Assembly (NCBI GenBank): GCA_051313645.2
Contig: JBNRSN020000013.1
Coordinates: 72,664,001 to 72,728,000 of the forward strand
DNA length: 64,000 nt
From: Centroscyllium fabricii
Lineage: Eukaryota
Direction: 5' to 3'
In this document: positions 1-11,250 of the stretch, in pieces
Layout: every line of letters begins with the position of its first letter
Position numbering within the stretch: position 1 is the stretch's first letter
Made by a program: the position numbers and the translations under genes
The notes under the pieces: model-generated
Told to the model about the DNA's origin: nothing
What the model saw: the letters and a program-made list of their open reading frames with translations, nothing else
Databases searched by the model: none

Positions 1-37
1 CGACGCGTTGGCGGATCTGTGCGGCCCATCCACACAT
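1..37 (-). CDS. Candidate start of an unidentified minus-strand gene (MCGWAAQIRQRV..., runs off window edge)
   Basis: Minus-strand ATG at 37-35 in context agcATCATGt (A at -3). In-frame stop upstream at 169-167. CpG-rich surroundings and a long polypyrimidine tract ending in TTCTCAG (candidate acceptor, exon starting at 289). Only 12 codons are visible, so the product cannot be named. Confidence 0.3.
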   Translation of the reverse strand, partial: MCGWAAQIRQRV

Positions 38-219
38 GATGCTGGTTATCGCGCTGATCGCCGCGGGGTACAAGCTCGGCAGGATTAACTGCGAGCGGCC
101 CGCTCCCCCGGGCCAGTTGGCAGAGGCGACTCCCGAGTCTACTGATAAAAGCGCTGCCTTCCTTCGTCAGTCGCACACAACCTCCAGAGACACAGGAGGG
201 AGGGGAAATGAGACACCCA

Positions 220-520
220 GAGCGAGAGAGAGAGAAAAGAAACAGACCTCGAGATAAGAGATATAAAGAGGGCGGAGGAAGAATCGAGACTGAGAAGGGC
301 GAGGGTGTCGAGAGAGAGAAATGAAACAGCAAGGGAACGCCGGGGGGAGGGAAAGAAGACAAAGGCGAGAGAGAAAGGGAGGGGGAGGCGAGAGAGAAAG
401 GGAGGGGGAGGCGAGAGAGAAAGGGAGGGGGAGGCGAGAGAGAAAGGGAATCCGGGGCCAAACCAAACCAGGCACCCGGAGGAAAAGGAAGTCGAGACAG
501 CGAGAGAGGTGTAAAGGGAA
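220..520. repeat. GA-rich low-complexity tract with short imperfect tandem units (gaggcgagagagaaagggagggg)
   Basis: Purine-only stretches with 3-4 near-identical units at about 363-450; it is a polypyrimidine tract on the minus strand. Confidence 0.85.
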
Positions 521-1759
521 AAAAGAGAAATCAACCAGAACAAAACAAACCAGCCGAGTCTCAACCCTGACAAACATTTGGGTTGGGTTTGTGTTTTGTT
601 TTGTGTGTGGTGTATTTTGGGGGGGGGGGGGGGGGGGGGTCGGTCATATTACCTGCAGGAAATCCAGACCTAACAAAGTCAACTGACCGATTCCCAGCAC
701 CAATAAATCTTGCTTATACAAATAATGGCCCCATTATGCATCTTTCTTGTTGGGGCGTGATGTTGTTTGGTGAACATAAAACAAACAAAAAGCGCCAAAG
801 ATGATCAAATTCACGTCACACCAAATGATTTATGGAGGTTTGGCCCCAGCACCAGATAAGACTATAAAAAACCGACATCAGTTCAACCCCAGCCCTCTTA
901 ACGTTCAGTGTAAAGTCCGCTCCGTTTTCGGTTTCCCTGTTTAAACGCTGCAGTCAGTGTTCGTGACCTCCCTCCCTCCCCCCAAGCTGCTGCTAATCGA
1001 TGTTAAAAAAAACCTCAACCAAACAAAGTCACGTCGTGGCCCGTTTGAAACCTGTAGCATCATTGTGAAATGATTCAGGTTATTGCACTGACGACACCCT
1101 CACCCTGCTGCAACTGGAGACCGCGCGTTGACTTTGTGGAATTATGAAATTGACAGCAGTTTTTAAAGCACACTTCGACTCGGTTAGAAATAAACTGTCT
1201 TTAACTGCAGGCTGAACTTTAAGTGAACTGCTGAACCCGCGAAGACGGTTGCCCCAGAAAACTGCGGCGCCAGCAATAATTTTATTTCAACAGTAACAGG
1301 CGTTAACTCGATGACCTCTTAAACAATAACAACGCCGAGGGATTTCAGTGGGGAGGGCAGCGTCATTGGTCTAAACATGCACAATCAGTTGATGTTCATT
1401 GCAATTGTTCTACACGGATACATTACTTGGCCAAGTATACCCAATGTGGAGGTGGAGTGTTTCGGATTTTTCTGTTCCCTTCCAGTCTACACAATTGCAT
1501 GTAGTTTTTTCATATATGCGTGTACAGATGATACACGGCTCCCCCCTCTGGTGGTAGGCTACATTGAGACCGAGTAAATTCGGCCAGAAAACCAGCTGGC
1601 ACTGACGTTGAGTTAGTTACAATGGTTTATTTTATTGTTATTATTAAACAATTGACTGTAACCCTGTACATTCCAACCTGGAATGTGTTGGTTGGCTCAT
1701 ACGCGGGGATCTGCCGCTGCAGTTGCTCATAATGCGGTGAGTAAAGGGAATGGCAATGT

Positions 1760-2245
1760 CACATCATCACCAAGAACACCATCATGGACACAGACAAAAA
1801 AGCAAAAGGATCCTGCGTGAAATACTGGTAGACGGTTCAGAGCTATCAGAACCAACACCACCCGTCATCTCAACAGTTTCTTTCCCCCGTGCCTTGGTCC
1901 TTACAAACCATCCATCTGGTCCGTAGCAGCCTTCCCACCCCTTGCCCTCCTTACCGGACCCCTCACCTCCGGAAATGGTGGATTGCCCCCCTCGAACCAG
2001 ATTTTACATCTGATACCTTCTTTAACTACTATGTTTATTCAGTACTATTGTAGATATGCTAATTACTCTGTCAATCTTGTAAACTTGTATATTTGCAACT
2101 CACCCCCACTCTATTCCTGACATTATATCTGGTAAGTTTGTGTATTTGGTGTATTTTGTTTTTCTTTGTGGATTTTATGTATTTTGTCACCAGGTTACAT
2201 TCCTTGTACATTTAATGCACTTGGCAATAAAGTTGATTCAACTCA
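1760..2245 (+). mobile_element. Old 3' fragment of a Rex1/Babar-like LINE
   Basis: Translates GRRFRAIRTNTTRHLNSFFPRA, similar to the C-terminus of the element at 45360-46141 (GKRYRSIRTNTERLRRSFYPQA), followed by an AT-rich UTR and AATAAAG. Confidence 0.6.
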
Positions 2246-4814
2246 ATTCCATACCAAACACACGGGCACCTCGCCTAATGGGGTCAACTAACTGTTCAAA
2301 TGTAAATGCTCAGATGGATAATAATCACTCCCAATCACAATTTAGTTGCTTCCGCGAAAATAGTGCATTGTCAATATTATTAAAATGAAGATAGAAAAAT
2401 CAACACCACTCAGCCAGGAGATCTTTGAAAGATCACCTGTACTCCTCCCTCCCCAGAGATTTTAATGTTATACACGCAGCGCCGAATCGTGTCTGGGACT
2501 AATAACTTCTCCCCTCCTACAGCACTCAAGCGTTAAGTGTAAGACCAGTGCGTCAGGAGTTTGCAGTGTTTTTCCATCTGCTACTTGTACCAAGCTATGG
2601 ATTTCTGTTAATACTGCATGCATATCTATTATATACACAAATATATCTTTACTTATATGTTTTTTTTAAATCTGCAGTGGGCACACAACACAGGACTGCC
2701 TGTTAAGTACTGTGATCTCATGACACAACTTGTAAGTGGTACCAGCTGGAGAGTCAGTTTTGTAAATAAACCAGCGACCTCTCCATGTCTGTGGTGTAAG
2801 CATGTGTACGGATGCATGTAGGTGTGTATTTATACTCAATGAAGAATGTTTTGAAATGGAAATATTTACTGTGGCCGGAACCTATGGTTCTATGCCATGT
2901 TTTATTATTTATCTGCCTCTTGGCGTGTTTAGCTAGGAGGCCAGTGGCGGGCTGATCGGACTGTGCAATAGTCCAGTTCTGGTGCAGCCAAATCGCCATT
3001 TGAGACTAAAAGGTGCATTTCCACTGAAGCTACCAGCCTGGGTCCTGCCCAACTGGAACCTGAACTACAGCTACCGGCAGCTTCCAGCCGGACATTGTCC
3101 TGTTTTGGAGAGAGCGCTCGCATCCCGGGATACAAACGTGGGTAGAACTGTGTCCCAACTGTTACAAATGGAAATTTGGAGAGCAGAGGAAGGGGACAAC
3201 GTCCTTCCCCGCTCTAAACATTTAAATTGGGGTTGGGTAGGTTTACAAACGGAGGACTTCGCGTACCTGGTTTGACACCACGGTGAAAATAGACTTCGTG
3301 CAGTGACAAACTGAATCAGCGTGAGACTAGCCCCGATTGCTTCACAGCATCAAACGTGCCCAAGACTCCAGTTACACTGACTGCTACTTCTGTGTCAAAG
3401 CAGACGGATTGGGAGTTTGTACGGAGGTGAAAACGACAGTTTAATTCAGTAGTTGGCGAGCTGACTCCTGCGCATAGTAACGAGAAAGTGAAAGACCACC
3501 TCTACCGAGTAGCCTTTATTTACATTTGGATGCAGTTCAGATTTCACCCAGGCAATACTCAGTTTATATTGGCTAGACCGACGTTCAATGCTGCTACTCC
3601 GGAGAGAACTCCGTGCTTGTCTGTTTAAAATGTAACTGCTAGAAGAGGATTTATGTAAACATGTGGGCAGCTGCATCGGCATTGTCTAAACGTTTAAATT
3701 AATTGCAGGCCAGCTTTAAAAAGTGTCCAGAAGGTCTAAGAATACATCTGATTTGACACCACGCTGAATTTACACTCCAGGAAGTCGCGCTCGGTTTTGC
3801 TCTAGCCAGGTCAGGCCACGGCTACCGATTTACGTGAGTACTGGTGCCACCCAGAAACTTGTTCGCATAAATGCTAAAGTTAGTGTAAACGCACCCTTGC
3901 ACTGATTGGATGTTGTATGCAGCTCCCGCCTAACTTGGCCTCGTCAGCTTGTGACACTTTTTCGAGCAGGCACCAATGTTAAAAAGCACTACTTCAGCAT
4001 TAAAGCGCCATAAACTTAGGCTTCTTTCTGTCTACGTCTGTGTTTATGGTTGCACATGATTTAAACATTCTTCTGTTTATCCAGTTCATGTGCAGACATG
4101 GAAAGTGACAAATAAACCGAAATATGACAAGCATAACTTAACTGAGTAAACAAAATAGCAAAACTAAAAGTACTGCACATTAATTTAAGTGTTCAGAGTT
4201 ATAATAGAAACTTAAGCAAAGACGAATATTTTCTGAAGCAATCGGCATTACAAAAGTACTGAAAAAGTGCATATCAAAAAAAGAAAATAAATGTGACAAA
4301 TGATGAGTTTTGAGAGCTCTGTAAACAGTTTGGCCTGGATGTCAGCCAAGACATGATCTGGCAACACTGCAAACTTGCCGGACACTAATTAACAGCACAA
4401 CACTAATTGGAACATACCAAGGCTTTAATCCACCCTCGTCAGAGAAAGCGCTTTAAAATATATATATTTTCTGGGACACAACCAGACGACATTTTTACCC
4501 CCCCCCCCCCCCCCACACCCACACACAAATTTTCACCTCACCACTCTTTAATGGTAACCTGCAAGTCAGGTGGAAACGGAGCATAAATCCTTTTAAGCGT
4601 TAGGAACTCTACGAATTCTACAATTGACAGGGAAAAGCTGTCTGAGGTTATTAGGCAGTGAAGAGAGAGATCTCCTAATCCAGTAGAATAGATTCACAAA
4701 TGATTATGTAGGTTCTCTATACAAGTAGTGGGGTCGGTGGGTGAAGGCAGGAGCAAAGGGGGTGAATTTGCCCTAATCAAAGGGATAGATGTCAGCCATT
4801 CAGAATGGAAATGG

Positions 4815-5480
4815 AAAGCGCAGGTAGATAAGGTGGTATATGGAATGCTTGCCTTTATTAGCCGTGGCATAGAATACAAGAGCAGGGGGGGGGGTTATGC
4901 TTCAACTGTATAAAACACTAGTTAGGCCTCAGCTAGAGTACTGCGTGCAATTCTGGTCACCACATTACAGGAAAGATGTGATTGCACTAGAGAGGGTACA
5001 GAGGAGATTTACAAGGATGTTGCCAGGAGTAGAGAATCTTAGCTATGAGGAAAGACTGGATAGGCTGGGTCTGTTTTCCTTGGAACAGAGGAAGCTGAGG
5101 GGAGACCTTATTGAGGTGTATAAAATTATGAGGGGGATAAAGTGGATAGAAAGGACCTATTTCCCTTAGCAGAGGGGTCAAAAACCAGGGGGCACGGATT
5201 TAAAGTAATTGGTGGAAGGTTTAGAGGGGATTTGAGGGGACATTTCTCCACCCAGAGGGTTGTGGGGGTCTGAAACTCACTGCCTGAAAGGGTGGTAGAG
5301 GCAGGAACACGAACCACATTTAAAAAGTACTTGGCTGTGCACTTGGGATGCTGTAACCTGCAGGGCTACAGACCAAGAGCTGGGAAGTGGGATTAGGCTG
5401 GATAGCTCTTTGTTGGCCAGCGCAGACACGATGGGCCGAAATGGCCTCCTTCTGTGCTGTAACTTTCTCTGATTCTATTA
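4815..5480 (+). mobile_element. 5'-truncated CR1 LINE (ORF2 C-terminus + 3' tail)
   Basis: LYKTLVRPQLEYCVQFWSPHY...LERVQRRFTRMLPG...RGDLIEVYKIM; tail GGGCCGAAATGGCCTCCTTCTGTGCTGT...GATTCTAT. Confidence 0.93.
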
Positions 5481-7879
5481 CACTTTCTGCACCAACTGTC
5501 AACATCAAGCATTGGTAGGTCAGGTATTGTTGCAAATTTCACCTTTACACTTATGGCACAACATTGTTCCCTCTATATGTAGTATGTGCGCAGTTGATAG
5601 TGCTGAGGTTCAAAAGCACTTTGGGACAAATTTAGTGTAGTCAAGAAAAGACTAGAAAATGTATAAATCTATCACATGGGTTACTTAAGAAATATCTGTC
5701 GTACATGGTATTAAACATTCTGTGTACATGGTATAGAGTAATAATGAGTGATCCTTACAAAGTAGCTTGATGACCGATTCTGGGTGGTAGTATTAGGGAT
5801 ATATGGCAAATAAATATTAAATATCATCATCTCTTCCTATACTATCATGCGAACTATTGTACATAACAGGATGAAATTATATTTACTGATGGATCACCAT
5901 GTAAATTAATCCTAGCATAGAGGCAGCAGATATCTATGTTTTAGAGCTGGCTTACATGGGGATCATTGTTAAATGTAATTTTATTCTGTTGTGTGCAATA
6001 GTTTGCTTATAAATTGATAAACTTAATCCAAAATAGACAAATAGATGACTAGAAGTGGGATATTATAGAATTATGGCAGGCAATATGGAATTCCAGTGGT
6101 TAGACTGATTTAGGGCACAACTGGGAATGGCTATTTACATAGCAACCCCATGGTAAATAAGAGCGACGCAGGGCCTTATTCACGTAGTTCTTTGGCAAAT
6201 AATCAAGTCTTTTTGTCTTTTTACAGCTGCCGGGTGAAAAAGGTTAAAGTACAGATTATTTTACCAGTTGTTGGGTGACGATCATTCATCCAGCTCGTTT
6301 TATTTTCCCATTAAACCACCAACATGGAGATCTACATTGACTCCTCTTGTCATATGAAACAGCAGTTTGGCGATGAAATATACTGTATGTTTCAATGAAA
6401 ACTGGCATATCAATATCCTATCTAGCAGATAGCAGTATGAAGCTTATGTACACACATTATGGTTTCCTATGATGGCAAATTTGTGCAGGTGTTATTACTA
6501 ACTACATTAAGTACATATAGTAATGGCATTTGAAAGTGTGATGTCTACAGTTGGAGATTATCCCACCACCCAGTTAACTTATCTGACCAATAGGTAGAAG
6601 GTGAATAAACATTTAGCCAAAACTTAAAGGTCTGATTGGTTTTATTGGTAGGACAACACAGACACATTCTTATTTCACTTCCTGGCTGATGTCCTTTTAC
6701 TCACTGTGAATATTACAAATCATCTCATGGCCATATATAATTAAGGAGGATCGTGTATAAAAAGTATTTTTTTCCTAAACAATATTTATGTAAAGGCCTT
6801 TCCCCCTCCTCCACCACCCCACCTCCAGAAAAGATCCCGGTGCACTCTCCCATCTGCACGTAACAGTACAACTATCAAATGTTAAGAGCAGAAAATAGAC
6901 TGTATTAACGAGCTCTCTTTCGATTTTAATGTCCATAAAATTAACCACACTGTTACGTTCAACCGGCTGAGCCATCCTTTCTATGGGAAGGATGAGATAA
7001 AACATTGTGCATTTGTGACATTTTACATGAATAAACAAGGAAAATAATCATATCGATTGCCTTAAAACTAACAATGTGGGCAGGTACAATAAAAATGTAC
7101 GGCATGTCATTCATTACTGTTAATATGAGCTTATTTTTTTCTCCACTGTCCATTCACGTTAAAACACAAAAATGAGAATTAACACAACGTAAATTGAATT
7201 AAGTCACAGCACCATACTCTTAACCCTCCCTTGGGACCAAGCTGCACATCATATTACACGAGCGGTGAAAAAAAGATTATGCCATTTCTGGAAAGCACTT
7301 GTAAATAACGTCGACACGCGTTGCTTTAACATCACCGTGCTGTTAAAAAAAACACTCGTGCTACCAAATCAATTCTATATTCTCTATCCATGTGCGGACT
7401 GGCACCGTGGGTTATCCTCTACGAATTGTTTCCCGTACGTTTTCTGTCGAGACAATCACATTGATTACATTGTGGGAAAATTAGTAGAATTTATTAATGG
7501 ACTAGTTATCTTGCCGACCCACCCCGGTAATTATTACACATGGCAACTCATTCTGGGCTGTCTGACAGCTGAAAGCGATCCATGAGCTCGGGAGAGGAGC
7601 AGAGCCGGACACTGAGAAATGACCTTGAGGGCTGGTCCGTAAACACATGTAACCTTTGCTCGGATCTGCTGGCGGGATCAAGTTGCCGGTTTGGAATAAA
7701 AGGGGGAAACGCCAAGAGAAATTTCACTTTCAGAATCTGACCGATCACTTTAATGAAAATCCTATACTCCTGTCCAGAGAACTCGCTGGAGGAAAACATG
7801 GCATTGGGGGGGAAACAACAGCCTTTTTTCCATCGACAGCAAGTTTCATCTGATGGTTTTCTTATACATTTACTGGCGC

Positions 7880-8810
7880 AGAACTGTTGATTCTCGCCAG
7901 TTTAAAATGGCGGCAACCCGTAGTTAACCAGACTCTTATTTCGAGAAGTCCATATTTACAATTTCAGAGGGGGTGGGGGAGATTTTCCCTAGGCCACTAG
8001 GCGAAGCAAAAAAAGTTGCAGTTTGGTCGAGTTGCACTGGGAGGCTTTGCTCGGGCGGATGGCACAAAGCCCTGTTTGTTTTTTAAGGGATCATTAACTC
8101 CGTTTGACACTTGGGTTCTTGGACGTTCGGCGGAAGCAGAAGCTGAAAGTCCGAGTGGACGGACGCTGTTTGGGCGGGTTGAATGGGGCCGAGCGCTTGC
8201 AGCCCGCATTGCCACAGCCCGCGGTCAGCGAGAGCCCGGGCCGAGCAATACACCAGGTGGACCGGGGCTCGGGGCTTTGCAGCGTTCGCTCCTCGGCATT
8301 TCAGTCGCCACCAGCCTCACTCTGCCCGGAGATGGGATTAACTTTAACGCCAGGACTTTCTCCATTCCGCACACCCTCCGCGCCATTTTAAAAGCAGCTC
8401 TTGCTCGCCAGACACAGCTCAGCTCAGCTCCATGGGGACCGAGTTCATTTTCTGGCTGCGCTCCCCTCCCCTCCCTCCACAGCTCTCCGATCGCGATCCT
8501 CTCACTCTGGGTGAATGTGCTGCATGCCCCCTTTAAACAGGATCATCAGATTTACAATGAAAAGCCGGTTGGCCCAAAAGCAGAGCTGCCAATCAAGAGC
8601 GCCTGAAAACAAAGATAAATTCGAAGGGACGTTAGGAGATATTGATCGCGGATGGTTGATTTCTGCATAATTGTGGAAGGCAGGCAACGAGCTGGATTCC
8701 CCTTTGAGGGAGCAACAGCTTAGTCGGCAGGATCGATTAGCGGAAATCCCTGGGGCAACCCGGGAATAGTCTGCAAGACTCCCTCCGCCAGGAGGATCCA
8801 GCAATCCGCA
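7880..8810. promoter_or_regulatory. CpG-rich block, candidate alternative promoter / 5' UTR exon
   Basis: High CpG density relative to flanks; YY1-type motifs AAAATGGCGGC (7904-7914) and CGCCATTTT (8381-8389). Confidence 0.5.
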
Positions 8811-9118
8811 TTACAAAAGCAAAGACCTTTAGGTGGGATTTCTTAAACGTCCCTCTGCTTTCTTCCAGCTAATTGGGGAGAAAACATAAATGCCGAGAGT
8901 CCAATGTATCCAGAATGTCAACTGGGACGTCACTCAAATCGATTTCTGATTTTGTCGAGAGGAACTTTCAGTTTTAGAAGAGATGAACTTGCGGCGACAG
9001 AATCTGTTACAGCGAGAGCTATAAATTTAGCTTGAATTTTATTTATCTCCCCGCCCACTAAACCTCAAAAGAGATTTGTTGCCAGAGCTGCGATCCGTTT
9101 GACTGCCTCCCATTAGCT

Positions 9119-9418
9119 TTAGCAGAAACGGCAGTCTGGCCCGGCTCAGCAGAATCGGTTCTCCCTTACTCTCGGGTTAGCGGAATCGGCAGCTTAGCTG
9201 CACAAATTGGGAGAAACAACAGTCTTATCAGAACTAGCAGAAACTGCAGTCTGGTCAGAGTTAGCGGAATCGGCAGGCTTCCGATTAGGCTTTGCAGAAA
9301 CACGGTTTTATCAGGGTTACCAGCAACTGGGTTATGGCGAGCAGAAATGGGTCGGCGGAAATGGCATCGGGATTGAAGGACGCGTCTCGTTTTAAAGTTA
9401 GGCTGAGCAGAAACAGCT
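9119..9418 (+). repeat. Degenerate ~27-30 bp tandem array with core YTAGCRGAAWC
   Basis: Core recurs at about 9119, 9146, 9177, 9207, 9234, 9261, 9291, 9317, 9338 and 9403. Confidence 0.7.
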
Positions 9419-10440
9419 CACCAATATTCACCATGCTGCTCAAAAAACAGCCCTACCCGCATTCATAAGCTGCCTTAAAGCGGCCAGGCATCATCACTAC
9501 GTCCACATTATGAGATCTAAAAAAGACAATCTCTATCAAGACTATCTTGCCTAACTATAGTGTACCAGTTAAGAGTAATAATAACTCCTCACCCACCCTC
9601 TCGATACTAACTTCATTGGTTTTCGACCAAATTCGGGGGGGGGGGGGGGGGGGGAGTGCTGAAAGCCAAACCATTTTCTCTAACATGATTACCCACACTT
9701 CGTTTCTCGATAACTATCTCTATCTCCCTCCCCTCCCCCATCCCTATCGAGTCAAACAGTTTCTTATTCTGACTGTTGCCTCTTTCAGCGAATGGGTTCG
9801 CCATGAGCAGCCAGCTGTATCTAGGGCACGGAGCTGGCGGTTCTTAATAGTTTGGATCACAGTATTTCAAGATCATGAATGTGGCATCAGTTTGATCAAC
9901 ATACCGCCCCCAGCACCTACAAGTACATTTTATGAACGGGGTTTTGTGCTGGCAACTCTACTTGTGACAACCCAATAAACAATGGCTCAATGGAGCCCTA
10001 ACGGAGTACTATGATTATGAGCTATTTTAATATAAAAGATATATCGCGTCCCTGCGTGCTGGTGTCCATTTTGTGTTGCTATCTTTAAAGAGCTGAAACT
10101 TGAGTTATACTGCACCCTGTGCGAACTCAACAGATGTTTGAAAGCTGCATTATATGTCACCAGCACGGACCTTATCTGACTCTGGAGGGAAGCGGTTTGA
10201 GACCCTATGGAGAAAGGGGTTCCCACCACTTGGGCTTGACATAGCAAGGGGTGTACCAGTACAGTGTCCACCCCATCTAAAAATGATCAGAGGTCCGTTA
10301 AAACAACTGGACATGTGTGAAATTTACCAGTATTTAGGCAGAGTGGCTCTCCCCTGGACAACAGAACTGTAGTTCCAGCCAAGCAGCATAAACAGGGTTT
10401 TGTCCGACTGGAACCAATACTACAACTACAGTACAATGAC

Positions 10441-11250
10441 CTAGAATTCACAGCACAGAAGCAGGCCATTCGGACCAACGCCTGTGTTATATAGAAACAT
10501 AGAAACTAGGAGCAGGAGTAGGCCATTCGGCCCTTCGAGCCTGCTCCGCCATTCAATGAGATCATGGCTGATCATCCAAACCCAGTACCCCGCCCCTGCC
10601 CTCTCCCCATATCCCTATCGAGCCTCCATCGACACATTTCCCACCCTATCCCCGTAACCCCACATATTCAAACCCCCTAACACTAAGGGTCAATTTATCC
10701 TGGCCAATCAACCTGACCAGCACATCTTTGGACTGTGGGAGGAAACCGGAGCAGCCGGAGGAAACCCACGCAGACACGGGGAGAATGTGCAAACTCCACA
10801 CAGATAGTACCCGAGGCTGGATTTGAACCCGGGTCTCTAGTGCTGTAAGGCAACAGTGCTAACCACTATGCCACCGTGCCGCCCCACACAGGAGCCTCCT
10901 CCCACTCTATTTACTGCATCTCACCCTATCAACATCTCCTATTCCTTTATCCCTCATATAATTATTTAGCTTCCACTTAAATGCATTGTTGTTATTCGCT
11001 TCAACCACTTCACCTGGTAGCCAGTTCCACAATCTCACTACTCTCCAGAAGAGGTTTCTTCAGAATGAGTGACTATCTAATATTTATGGCCCCTACTTGT
11101 GGACTCCTCCCCAAGTGGGAGCATCTCTCCGTCTGCTCTGTCGAACCCCTTCAGAATGTTGAAGACCTCTGTCAGGTCACCTCTCTCAGTCTCTTTTTCA
11201 GAGAAAAGGGCCCCAGTATAAATGCAGAGTTATAATATCCTCTGCTGCAC
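10441..11250 (-). mobile_element. Old CR1-type LINE 3' remnant interrupted by a V-SINE
   Basis: Tail-like CAGCACAGAAGCAGGCCATTCGG at about 10451; degraded ORF2 C-terminal sequence continues after 10885. Confidence 0.6.
10491..10884 (-). mobile_element. HE1-like V-SINE (tRNA head, V core, CR1-derived tail)
   Basis: Reverse complement shows A box (TGGCATAGTGG), B box (GGTTCAAATCC), V core GGAGTTTGCACATTCTCCCCGTGTCTGCGTGGGTTTCCTCCGG and CR1 tail ending in TTTCTATG repeats. Confidence 0.92.

Noticed and set aside
619-639. Poly-G/C runs (also ~4498, ~9634, ~46308)
   Set aside because: Simple homopolymers with unreliable length and no further structure.
36-686. Overlapping ORFs including a signal-peptide-like MMLVIALIAAG
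   Set aside because: Mostly GA-repeat translation; no recognisable domain; splice signals favour the minus strand.
8016-8606. 196-aa ORF (also 21297..21932, 211 aa)
   Set aside because: Non-ATG starts in GC-rich islands where long chance ORFs are common; no protein motif.
9119-9418. CRISPR-like repeat-spacer appearance
   Set aside because: Vertebrate DNA, short degenerate core, related spacers, no cas genes.
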